Shown here piece by piece: positions 55,823-64,000 of a DNA stretch of 64,000 bases (position 1 is its first letter; each line of letters opens with the position of its first letter). The position numbers were made by a program, and so were the translations under genes. The notes below the pieces were generated by a model. The model worked only from the letters and a program-made list of their open reading frames with translations. It searched no databases and was not told the origin of the DNA. Origin of the DNA: Clostridia bacterium (GTDB lineage Bacteria; Bacillota; Clostridia; Oscillospirales; CAG-272); contig JAFTNJ010000035.1 in the NCBI GenBank assembly GCA_017451915.1, positions 6,448 to 70,447 of the forward strand, in the 5' to 3' direction.

Positions 55823-55851
55823 TTGACAAACGGCAAAAAGTATGCTAAAAT
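55823..55851 (+). promoter_or_regulatory. Consensus promoter TTGACA-17-TAAAAT of the AraC gene
   Basis: TTGACA at 55823-55828 and TAAAAT at 55846-55851. Followed by a leader hairpin GATTTT-GGAT-CCCCTTT-TTC-AAAGGGG-AAAATC. Confidence 0.65.
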
Positions 55852-55922
55852 GATTTTGGATCCCCTTTTTCAAAGGGGAAAAATCTGCGGTATTTTTACA
55901 TTTCATTCCAGGAGGTGGCAGA

Positions 55923-56717
55923 ATGGAGATCGGGAATATCCCGGAGGAACAAACGATTCCCACGCTGATGATGAGCCGCTATTACAATTCCCGAGGACAG
56001 GAGCGCGTTCCCTACCGATACGCCGAATTTTTTGAGATCAGCGTCTATCTGGAAAGCAGCGGTACCCTTTACATCAACGACCATCCCTATACGCTCCACC
56101 GCGGAGACGTGCGCTTTATTCGTCCCGGCACCAAGCTGCGTAGCATTGGCGAATACTCCTGCTACTCCTTTTGGTTCCGCTTTGGCAAGGAAAACAACGA
56201 GTATTCCGCAGCGTTGATTGACAAGATCCTGCCCTTCTTTTCCTGTGGCGAGGAGATAATTGCCGACGCGTCCAACACCGTTTCCCTGTTTGCCGCCGAC
56301 CGGGTGGGCAGCAAGCTGAAAATGAATATGATGTTCCTTCGCTTGCTCTATAAGTGCTACTCCTTCTCGGTCAAATCCCAGATCCAATCCCCTGCGGTGC
56401 AGACCTGCATTGCCTATCTACGCGAGCATTTCAGCGAGCAGATCACCCTGGAGCATTTGGGTACCCTGACCGGCTACGTTCCCCTGCACGTTCTTCGCAT
56501 CTTCAAGGCCGAAACCGGAGAAACGCCCCACGATTATCTTTGCAATCTCCGCATGACCTATGCCCGCAACCTGCTTTTAAATACCGACGGAACCATCAGC
56601 GAGGTAGCCTCCAAATGCGGATTTCAGTCCTCTTCCCATTTCCAAACCCTATTCAAGCAAAAATTTGGCATTACCCCCGGAAAGTACCGAAAGAGTGCGG
56701 AGGGATATGATCTTTGA
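55923..56717 (+). CDS. AraC-family transcriptional regulator (cupin sensor + HTH)
   Basis: 264 aa. C-terminal HTH SSHFQTLFKQKFGITP. AGGAGGTGG RBS. Confidence 0.85.
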   Translation: MEIGNIPEEQTIPTLMMSRYYNSRGQERVPYRYAEFFEISVYLESSGTLYINDHPYTLHRGDVRFIRPGTKLRSIGEYSCYSFWFRFGKENNEYSAALIDKILPFFSCGEEIIADASNTVSLFAADRVGSKLKMNMMFLRLLYKCYSFSVKSQIQSPAVQTCIAYLREHFSEQITLEHLGTLTGYVPLHVLRIFKAETGETPHDYLCNLRMTYARNLLLNTDGTISEVASKCGFQSSSHFQTLFKQKFGITPGKYRKSAEGYDL

Positions 56718-56841
56718 TTGCGGCATCTTCTTCGAATTCTTTACATAAATCTTTGCCAAATTGACAATCCGCCAAAGGGCCCTTGCATTGGGGAAAAAAA
56801 TGTGATAGAATACCCCCAAATCAAACCAATAAGGAGCACTT

Positions 56842-57624
56842 ATGAACGTATTTATACTTACCGATCTGGAAGGCATTCCCGGTGTAAACTCCATTGATCA
56901 AATGGAGCGCGGAACTCCTCAAAACATTCTGGCCAAGGAACAACTTTGCAAATGGATCAACAAGACCGCCGAATATTGCCGCAAGCACGGTGCCGAAACT
57001 GTTTACTATCTGGACGGACACGGTGGCGGCGGAAACGTGTTTGAGGAGAAGATTGACCCTACGTTGATCAAATGCTCGATCCTTGATTGGGGGGAGCTAT
57101 TAAAGGCGGGAAAGATCGATTGCCAGATCGAATTGGGTGCCCATGCCCGTGCCGGAACCATTGGCGGCTTTTTGGATCATACCATCAGCTCAAGGGAGTG
57201 GTTTCGCTACACCTTGGGGGGCCGGGAATTCAGCGAGCTTGCCATCCACGCCGCTCTTTGCGGTGCGTATAACGTCCCCATTGTGGCTTGCATCGGCGAT
57301 GAGACCGCCTGCGAGCAGGCCAAGGAGTATATTCCTGCCATCGTTACCGGCGCGGTGAAGAAGGCCTCCTGCCGCAATCTCTGCCAGGACCATCCCAACG
57401 CAGAGGAGATCGTAGAGAACGCAGTTCGTCAGGCGTTGGAGAATTATCGCTCCATCCCTCCCTATCACACCAGCCTCCCCACCACCGTGGAATTGACCTT
57501 TTATCGCACCGACTTTTGCGAGAAGGCCATGGAAAAGGCGCAATGCGAGTTTGTCCGCCTCGACGCGAGAACTCTGCAAAGAAGAGTTGAAAAGATTGAA
57601 CGGTATGCGGACCTGAAAATTTAA
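56842..57624 (+). CDS. M55-family metallopeptidase (DppA D-aminopeptidase-like)
   Basis: N-terminus MNVFILTDLEGIPGV is typical of DppA/M55. AAGGAG RBS. Confidence 0.75.
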   Translation: MNVFILTDLEGIPGVNSIDQMERGTPQNILAKEQLCKWINKTAEYCRKHGAETVYYLDGHGGGGNVFEEKIDPTLIKCSILDWGELLKAGKIDCQIELGAHARAGTIGGFLDHTISSREWFRYTLGGREFSELAIHAALCGAYNVPIVACIGDETACEQAKEYIPAIVTGAVKKASCRNLCQDHPNAEEIVENAVRQALENYRSIPPYHTSLPTTVELTFYRTDFCEKAMEKAQCEFVRLDARTLQRRVEKIERYADLKI

Positions 57625-57752
57625 TTTTTCAAGAAGAGAGTATGATTGCCCAACTTCTCATAAGGAAGTTGGGCAGACTTTCAAATAAAAAACGAACACA
57701 TAGACCACAGGCAACGATCGATGACTTGCCAATAACTGTGAGGACAAGAAAA

Positions 57753-58556
57753 ATGGATTTTGAACAACTTGCCAAAATAGAAAACGAAAGCGAACGTGTG
57801 AATAAAACGTATGATATTTTTAACGAGGATCGCAGGCTCAATCATTCGAAAGCCGCACGGGTTGAATTTTTGACTACCGTGCACTACATAGAAAAGTATT
57901 TGAAAGAGGGCGACAAGATCCTTGACATCGGCGCAGGTGCAGGCGAATACAGCCTTTACTTTGCCCGTAAGGGTTATGAAGTGTCGGCACTTGAACTTGC
58001 CGATGCCAATATCGCAGCTTTTAAAAAGAAACTCACTCCGGAAGATAAGATCGATCTTGTGCAAGGCAATGCGCTTGACCTCTCTCGTTATAAGGACAAG
58101 TCCTTTGACATCGTCCTTCTGTTCGGCCCTCTTTATCATTTGAAAAACGATACAGACAAACAGAAATGTATCCGCGAAGCAAAGCGTGTTTGTAAAGACG
58201 GTGGCAAGATCTTCTTCGCCTTTATCTCCAACGACTTTATTTTTCTCACGGAATTTGAATACGACGTTCATTATTTTAGCAACGGCGATTACGATAAGGA
58301 AACATTCAAGCTCAATGACTTTCCGTTTGTATTCCATACGGTTGATGCAGCGAGAAAGCTTCTTGCGGACGGAGACATAACCGTGTTGCACGAGGTAGCA
58401 GCCGACGGAGCAAGCGAGCTTTTGGCGTCAAGAATCAATGAAATGAGCGACGAGGACTATGCACAGTATCTCCGCTATCACTTTTACATCTGCGAAAAAC
58501 CGGAACTGCTTGGTATGACAAATCATTTGCTGTTTGTTGGAAAAAATAATGGATAA
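57753..58556 (+). CDS. Class I SAM-dependent methyltransferase
   Basis: Motif I ILDIGAGAGEY. ATG 57753 (MDFEQLAK...). Visibly AT-richer codon usage than the neighbouring genes. Confidence 0.85.
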   Translation: MDFEQLAKIENESERVNKTYDIFNEDRRLNHSKAARVEFLTTVHYIEKYLKEGDKILDIGAGAGEYSLYFARKGYEVSALELADANIAAFKKKLTPEDKIDLVQGNALDLSRYKDKSFDIVLLFGPLYHLKNDTDKQKCIREAKRVCKDGGKIFFAFISNDFIFLTEFEYDVHYFSNGDYDKETFKLNDFPFVFHTVDAARKLLADGDITVLHEVAADGASELLASRINEMSDEDYAQYLRYHFYICEKPELLGMTNHLLFVGKNNG

Positions 58557-58577
58557 TATACGTTAGAACAAAACCAA

Positions 58578-58611
58578 CCCCGACAGATACAAAAAAATCT
58601 GTCGGGGTTTT
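58578..58611. terminator. Bidirectional terminator
   Basis: CCCCGACAGAT-loop-ATCTGTCGGGG followed by TTTT. On the other strand it is followed by TTGGTTTT. Confidence 0.75.
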
Positions 58612-58677
58612 CACATCCCTATGAGATCCGCCTTTTCATACGCTCTCTTCATTTCAAAAATTGTTATGGACACCGAC

Positions 58678-59553
58678 TCACTTTTCCGGCACCACAAATT
58701 CCTGCGTTGACCCAAGCAATGCCTCGGCCATCTTTGCGGCGCGGATTGTTTGCTCCTCCTCGGAGGAGCAAACATCGTCCCAATCGATGAGCTGCAGGGC
58801 GGTTTCGGGGATTCGGATCCATTCCCGTGTGAAGCGATCCAGCTCCGAATAGTAATCGTCCAGGTAGACTTTTTTACCGTGAATAAAGTACCGGGTGTCG
58901 GGATAAATCTCCTCTCCCGTAAGAGGATCGCTGTGGGCAATGTCATACTGACTGCTCAAAAAGGAGCCATCGTAATAAAGGCCGGATTCTGCATTGTACT
59001 CAACAAAGCCCAAAAAACGCATCCGCGATGCCCAACCAAAGCGCAACCAGTACTGCCCTACCATCGCGCACTCCCCTGTGGTAACATTATAGTAGGTACA
59101 CCAGGATTCGTCATTGCCGCCATCAATGGAGCCGATCTTTTTTCCGGTGGGAATATCATAAATAAAATAAGTGGACGTTCCCGAGGAGCCATAGTAGCCC
59201 CTGGGATGAACCAGCAATTCCGGAATTCCGTCCCCGGTAATATCCAGGAGTCCGCACCGATATCCCGGGGGAATGGAGGGCGCAAGAGGATCGGGCACCT
59301 GAAAGCCCAAAAGCTCTCCCCGTGCATCCTCGGAATAAACCTCGATTTCTTGATTGGCCAACAGCTTTTCCAACGGCGCGCGAAGCGACTCCTTCTTCTC
59401 ATCCGTCAAGAAGGAGATGGTCTGCCCTTGGATCACACAATATTCCGGCGACGGAGCGGCGTCGCTCGATGTGCCATTCTTCCCGCAGGCGGACAAGCCC
59501 AGGCACAGGCATGAGAGCAGAATCCCAAGGATCATTTTATTAAAACGGTTCAT
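58678..59553 (-). CDS. Hypothetical lipoprotein
   Basis: ATG 59553 (MNRFNKMILGILLSCLCLGLSACGKN) follows GGAGG. Lipobox LSAC. 14-nt overlap with the upstream HAD gene. Confidence 0.65.
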   Translation of the reverse strand: MNRFNKMILGILLSCLCLGLSACGKNGTSSDAAPSPEYCVIQGQTISFLTDEKKESLRAPLEKLLANQEIEVYSEDARGELLGFQVPDPLAPSIPPGYRCGLLDITGDGIPELLVHPRGYYGSSGTSTYFIYDIPTGKKIGSIDGGNDESWCTYYNVTTGECAMVGQYWLRFGWASRMRFLGFVEYNAESGLYYDGSFLSSQYDIAHSDPLTGEEIYPDTRYFIHGKKVYLDDYYSELDRFTREWIRIPETALQLIDWDDVCSSEEEQTIRAAKMAEALLGSTQEFVVPEK

Positions 59554-60334
59554 TTTTTTCCTCCGTAGTGTCATTAAAAAGTAGATGTTTCTCTAAAAAC
59601 CGCGCTACGCCGTCCCGGTCGTTGCTATCGGTAAGAACATCGGCAACGGCTTTTACCTCGTCAATGGCGTTGGCAACGGCTACCGCGGTTCCCGCCAGGG
59701 TCAGCATTCCAAGATCGTTGCGGTCATCGCCAAAGGCAATCACATCCTCCGTGGAAATGCCCAGATGATCGACCAGAATTTGCAGCGCGGTTTTCTTATC
59801 CGAATGTCCGGCAGCAAAACGACGCCAGATCTCTCCCGAAAAACCGATCACGGTGCAGCCGGGGCAGGCCTGTACGATCTCCTCTCCCCATTCCTCCTTC
59901 TCCAGCTCTGCGGTGATCTTATAGGACGGGGGCTTAAAGCCGTCAAAATTCGTATGGATCGCCGCCGCCCGTCGATCGGGATCCCTTGGAATAAAATTGC
60001 AATAATAGCCGTCGGCCGCCTCCACCGTGATCAATCCCTTATCCTGTGTATAGGCGCGGCACATTTGCAGAATGGTAGCAACCTCCGCGGAGGACATCCA
60101 ATTCTGATAAATCACGGTTCCCTCTGCCCGAACCGTTGCGCCGCCGTTGGAAACGATGCTGTCCGGCTCGATGGCCTGCACAAATCGCACCATGGCATTT
60201 TCGGCACGTGCCGTGGCAAAGGCGATCCGATGCCCCTTCTCGCGGCATTTCCGCAACACCTCCACGGTGTAATCCGAGAGGCTTTTGTCGCTTCTTAAAA
60301 GGGTGTTGTCAAGATCGGTAATGATCAGCTTCAT
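59540..60334 (-). CDS. Cof-type HAD-IIB family hydrolase
   Basis: IITDLDNTLL (DxD) and FGDDRND motifs. ATG 60334 follows AAGGAG. Confidence 0.85.
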   Translation of the reverse strand: MKLIITDLDNTLLRSDKSLSDYTVEVLRKCREKGHRIAFATARAENAMVRFVQAIEPDSIVSNGGATVRAEGTVIYQNWMSSAEVATILQMCRAYTQDKGLITVEAADGYYCNFIPRDPDRRAAAIHTNFDGFKPPSYKITAELEKEEWGEEIVQACPGCTVIGFSGEIWRRFAAGHSDKKTALQILVDHLGISTEDVIAFGDDRNDLGMLTLAGTAVAVANAIDEVKAVADVLTDSNDRDGVARFLEKHLLFNDTTEEKNEPF

Positions 60335-60366
60335 AACAATTCTCCTTTGGAACAAGTCACGAATTT

Positions 60367-60395
60367 ATTGTATCATACAACCGATCAAAAGTCAA
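60367..60395 (-). promoter_or_regulatory. Promoter TTGACT-17-TACAAT of the HAD-lipoprotein operon
   Basis: On the minus strand, TTGACT is at 60395-60390 and TACAAT at 60372-60367. Confidence 0.65.
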
Positions 60396-60410
60396 GAAAA
60401 AAGAGGACGC

Positions 60411-60453
60411 ATAAAAGAGAGGGATGTCTCAAATTTGCCATTTGAAACATCCC
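60411..60453 (-). terminator. Intrinsic terminator ending the ABC-2 gene string
   Basis: A long hairpin at 60421-60453 (GGGATGT.TCAAAT / ATTTGA.ACATCCC), followed on the minus strand by TCTCTTTTAT. Confidence 0.7.
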
Positions 60454-60475
60454 TTGATTTCGATACCTTCCCGTA

Positions 60476-61288
60476 TCATACCAAACGCGTTCTTTTCAGC
60501 ACGGCCTTGCTGACTGCGCCAAGGCCTACGGCAAACAGGCACCCGCCTGCTAAGCAGAGGACCACGTGAAAAAACGTAGAAGCAAGCGGAGTAAGAATGG
60601 AAACCATCATAAAGAGAAGCATTCCCCCGCCCAGAGAGCCACAGATCGAAAGCCATGTCTTTTGCTTAGCCGCCACACTGATCAAAGTAAAGATGGAAAC
60701 GAACACAGGCATCAGAAAGATCTTTGCCAGCATACACAGAACCAGATGGAGCGCTGTCAGGCCGTGAAGATCAAAGGAGAGCCCCGCAATGGCGCCGCCA
60801 AGAACCGAACCAAGCAGATAGGCAATCAGCATCAGTGCACCGCAAAGGACGCCTGCAAGGGTTTTGGAAATGACGTACTCCCCTTTTTTGGTTCGTACGG
60901 CAAACAGATTCTTGGCGTAACCGCTCCGAAAATCCTCCGAAATAAAGCAGCACACAAACACGCAAACGCCCATAAACATCATATTAATGTTACACATACC
61001 AAACACGTCCATGCCCCCCATGGTCTCGCCGCCGGGTAGAGTTCCAAGGTTTTGCCAGGTGTTTTCGGGCCCCTGCATAACCGTTTCAACACCGGTTTGC
61101 GGATCCACCGAGACCGTGCCATCCATCATGGTCATCATTACGGTCATAAGAAGCGGCATCACCAACGCGCAGGCCAGGAGGATGTAAAAGAGTCCGGATC
61201 GGAGCATTCTCCGAAAATCCACCTTCAGCATACTTTTCAGCCGCTTGCGAAACGAAATGGGTTCAAACGTCACATGAGCCTCCATCAA
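60476..61288 (-). CDS. ABC-2-type exporter permease (module 2)
   Basis: 270 aa, polytopic. 4-nt overlap with its ATPase gene. Paralogue of 62200-63036. Confidence 0.75.
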   Translation of the reverse strand: MMEAHVTFEPISFRKRLKSMLKVDFRRMLRSGLFYILLACALVMPLLMTVMMTMMDGTVSVDPQTGVETVMQGPENTWQNLGTLPGGETMGGMDVFGMCNINMMFMGVCVFVCCFISEDFRSGYAKNLFAVRTKKGEYVISKTLAGVLCGALMLIAYLLGSVLGGAIAGLSFDLHGLTALHLVLCMLAKIFLMPVFVSIFTLISVAAKQKTWLSICGSLGGGMLLFMMVSILTPLASTFFHVVLCLAGGCLFAVGLGAVSKAVLKRTRLV

Positions 61289-62187
61289 CCCTTTCCTCCC
61301 TTCATCAAATCGATATAATATTCTTCAAGACCGATCTTATCGGTCCGGATCGAGGTAACGCAGATGCCGTTTTCATAGAGATAGGTCACAATCTCCTCGG
61401 GGGTGGTGGCATCGTACACCCGCAGATCTCCCGCCGCATCGGTCTCCACACGGGAGAATTTGCCAAAAAGGAGCTGCTTGGTTCGATCCATGTCACCGCT
61501 TTGCAGAGCAACGTAGGTGCGACAGCTTGCGTCCAGCTCGTCGGCGGTCATTTCCGCAATCATTCTACCGTGGCGGATAATGCCGTAATGCGTGGCAACC
61601 TTTTGCAGCTCACCAAGAAGGTGGGAGGAGATCACAATGGTACGGGTGCCGTCCCGAACCACATCAAGAAAGACCTCCCGCAGAATACGCATACCGTCGG
61701 CATCCAATCCATTGAGGGGCTCGTCCAAAACGAGAAGCTTGGGATTTCCCAACAGTGCCATGGCAATGCCCACTCTCTGCTTCATTCCCAGAGAGCAATT
61801 TTTGTACTTATTCCCTGCCGCGCCCTCCATGCGAACGGTTTTCAGCACCTTGATCACCTCTTGCTCCGCATTGGGAACAGAGAGGTTGGCCGCCTGGAGC
61901 ATCAGATTGTCCCAAACGGTGAGCCCGGGAAAGCAGCCGGGGGATTCGATAAGAACCCCGACCTTGGAGCGAACAGATTCGTCGGTATAGTCCTTTCCGT
62001 AAAGCTTGATCGAACCTCCGCCGATGGGAAGCAGACCGCAGATCATTTTTTCAGTTGTGGATTTTCCGGAGCCGTTCTCACCGATAAAACCGTAGATCGC
62101 TCCCATGGGGACGGTCATGTCAAGACCACAGACCGCCTGCTTGGAGCCGAACTGCTTGGATAAATTTTTAATTTCGATTGCGTTCAT
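61285..62187 (-). CDS. ABC transporter ATP-binding protein (module 2)
   Basis: GENGSGKST, LVLDEPLNGLD and C-terminal IGLEEYYIDLM. Paralogue of 63037-63951. Confidence 0.9.
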   Translation of the reverse strand: MNAIEIKNLSKQFGSKQAVCGLDMTVPMGAIYGFIGENGSGKSTTEKMICGLLPIGGGSIKLYGKDYTDESVRSKVGVLIESPGCFPGLTVWDNLMLQAANLSVPNAEQEVIKVLKTVRMEGAAGNKYKNCSLGMKQRVGIAMALLGNPKLLVLDEPLNGLDADGMRILREVFLDVVRDGTRTIVISSHLLGELQKVATHYGIIRHGRMIAEMTADELDASCRTYVALQSGDMDRTKQLLFGKFSRVETDAAGDLRVYDATTPEEIVTYLYENGICVTSIRTDKIGLEEYYIDLMKGGKG

Positions 62188-62199
62188 TTCGGTTCCCCC

Positions 62200-63036
62200 T
62201 TAATATACGTCACTCTTGGAAAGGATTCTTGTGCCGAGAAAATTATAGAATACCGCCCAAGCCGCAGACACGACCGCGCAAATGATCAGCGAATCCATTC
62301 CGCTGGAAAGATTGGCATTGACCGACGCACCGTACAGAAAGAGGTTGAGAAATGCCGTGGGAATAGAAAGATTTTCTACGATGGCCGCCACGCCGATGAT
62401 CAGGATCCCGGTGCCAAAAAAGAAGCTGGATGCAATGGAAATGCCAAAATATCTTCGGAAGATCACGTTGAGGAAGGTATAAAGACTTGCCCACCCCAGG
62501 GACAGGATCATCTTTCCAAAAATGGCAATGAGCAGAGAGCCGATATTTACGGAGGTATCATACCCAACCAACAAGCCGCCAACCGTGCCGCCAATAAAAT
62601 ACGTCAAACACATACAAGCCATGGCAAAGGCACAAACCAGGCTTTTGGAGATCATATAGTCCTGCTTTTTTGCATGCGTGGTAAAGAGTTGCTTAACGTA
62701 GCCCGATTTATAATCGTGACCGATAAAGATGGACACCATGATTCCCCCAAAGATGAATACCATGTTCATGTTTGCGTAATCGGCAATGGTTTCTATAACG
62801 TAAAGGGACTTGGATGCGGCAATGATCTGCCAGACATTGGAATACAGCGGCTCCATGGTATTGCCGTTGGGATCGGGCATCATGGTCATGGCCGAAACCA
62901 TGGCAGGAATGATAGCCGCGATGGCAAGAAAAATATAGAACAGGGGCGTGTGGAACAGACGATAAAAGTCAACACCAAGCATTCCCTTGATGCGCTCGCC
63001 AAAGCGCGGGGAAGTAAATTGCAGTTCTCGTGTCAT
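62200..63036 (-). CDS. ABC-2-type exporter permease (module 1)
   Basis: 278 aa, polytopic. The start abuts the stop of its ATPase gene. Confidence 0.75.
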   Translation of the reverse strand: MTRELQFTSPRFGERIKGMLGVDFYRLFHTPLFYIFLAIAAIIPAMVSAMTMMPDPNGNTMEPLYSNVWQIIAASKSLYVIETIADYANMNMVFIFGGIMVSIFIGHDYKSGYVKQLFTTHAKKQDYMISKSLVCAFAMACMCLTYFIGGTVGGLLVGYDTSVNIGSLLIAIFGKMILSLGWASLYTFLNVIFRRYFGISIASSFFFGTGILIIGVAAIVENLSIPTAFLNLFLYGASVNANLSSGMDSLIICAVVSAAWAVFYNFLGTRILSKSDVY

Positions 63037-63951
63037 TTAATTGCCCTCCTTAGGGTCTTCGGGACGGGACATCAGCTCGATGTAATATTCCTCAAGACCG
63101 ATCTTATTTTTTTGGATCTCGCGGACCACGTGGCCTTCTTTCATCAGCAGATCTACAATGGCGGCGGTGTCATCCACATCCAAGATGCGGATCGCATCCT
63201 CCTCCCTGCGCACGTCGGCATATCTTTGAGAAAGCACCCGAGCCGCACCCTCCAGATCCTTGGTTTTCAGCGTGGTGAACACCTGGGCTCTCGCATCCAT
63301 CTCCTTGGCGGAAAGCTCCATGATCATTTTGCCTTGGCGGATGATCCCGTAATGAGTAGCGATCTTCTCCAGCTCTCCCAGAATATGCGAGGAAATGAGA
63401 ACGGTGCACCCGTATTTTTGCGTAATATCCACGAGGATCTCCCGCATAATCCGCATACCGTCGGTATCAAGACCGTTGATGGGCTCATCGAGAATGAGAA
63501 GCGCAGGATCCCCAAGCAGTGCCATGGCAATGCCGATGCGTTGCTTCATGCCAAGAGAGCAGCTCCTAAATTTGAGATTGGCGTTGTCCTCCATGCGAAC
63601 GATGGAAAGAACACGTCGGATCTCCTCATCGGGATTGGAAAGACCGAGGTTGATGGTCTGCATACGAAGGTTCTGATACACGCTGGAATTTGGAAAGCAG
63701 CCCGCGTTTTCGATCAACGCACCAACGCGTACCCGTACTCCGGGATCGGTATATTCCCTATCAAACAGTCGGATCTCCCCTTCATCGGGCACCAGATGTC
63801 CGCAGATCAGCTTCATGGTGGTGGATTTGCCCGAGCCGTTCTCCCCGATGAAGCCGTAAATGGATCCTACGGGAACATGCATCGTCAGGTGGTCCACCGC
63901 ATACATTCCGCGAAAGCTCTTGGAAAGAGCTCTGATTTCAATAGCGTTCAT
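63037..63951 (-). CDS. ABC transporter ATP-binding protein (module 1)
   Basis: ATG 63951 (MNAIEIRALSKSF...) follows AAAGGAG. GENGSGKST, LILDEPINGLD and IGLEEYYIELM. Confidence 0.9.
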   Translation of the reverse strand: MNAIEIRALSKSFRGMYAVDHLTMHVPVGSIYGFIGENGSGKSTTMKLICGHLVPDEGEIRLFDREYTDPGVRVRVGALIENAGCFPNSSVYQNLRMQTINLGLSNPDEEIRRVLSIVRMEDNANLKFRSCSLGMKQRIGIAMALLGDPALLILDEPINGLDTDGMRIMREILVDITQKYGCTVLISSHILGELEKIATHYGIIRQGKMIMELSAKEMDARAQVFTTLKTKDLEGAARVLSQRYADVRREEDAIRILDVDDTAAIVDLLMKEGHVVREIQKNKIGLEEYYIELMSRPEDPKEGN

Positions 63952-64000
63952 TGTTTTCTCCTTTGCTATCCAATATACACGCAAGGGAACCACCGAATTG

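Overview
This is a 64-kb chromosomal segment from a moderately GC-rich, endospore-forming Firmicute. It looks Clostridia-like, based on gpr-spoIIP, ctsR-mcsA-mcsB-clpC and mecA. I support about 50 CDS, most of them housekeeping. They include five aminoacyl-tRNA synthetase genes (gltX, glnS, asnS, pheS, pheT), asnA, tadA, tex, dxs, eno, nnr, plsC, a dat-like gene and an MsmX-type sugar-ABC ATPase. Accessory genes include three ABC-2 exporter modules (two of them tandem paralogues), two orphan substrate-binding lipoproteins (one frameshifted), SGNH esterases, AraC/GyrI regulators and an AT-rich methyltransferase islet. I found no rRNA, tRNA, CRISPR array, transposase or integrase. There is one clear T-box leader (pheST) and a textbook CtsR-controlled promoter. 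Many ORF-track starts are over-extended, and almost every conserved gene carries a full-length, codon-aligned antisense shadow ORF, which I treat as an artefact of codon bias. The most unusual signal is the 440-bp convergent spacer between eno and radC. It holds a (CT)8 tract that can compete with the eno terminator, followed by a gap-free array of six convergent GTTATGAG/CTCATAAC octamers interleaved with unrelated perfect hairpins. I cannot assign that array to any known element. Secondary leads are an orphan DltA-like adenylase coupled to a transglutaminase-like lipoprotein and a Cys4 mini-protein, and an XRE-S24 repressor/RadC module wedged between core genes. All calls rest on reading the sequence and on remembered family motifs; no searches were run.
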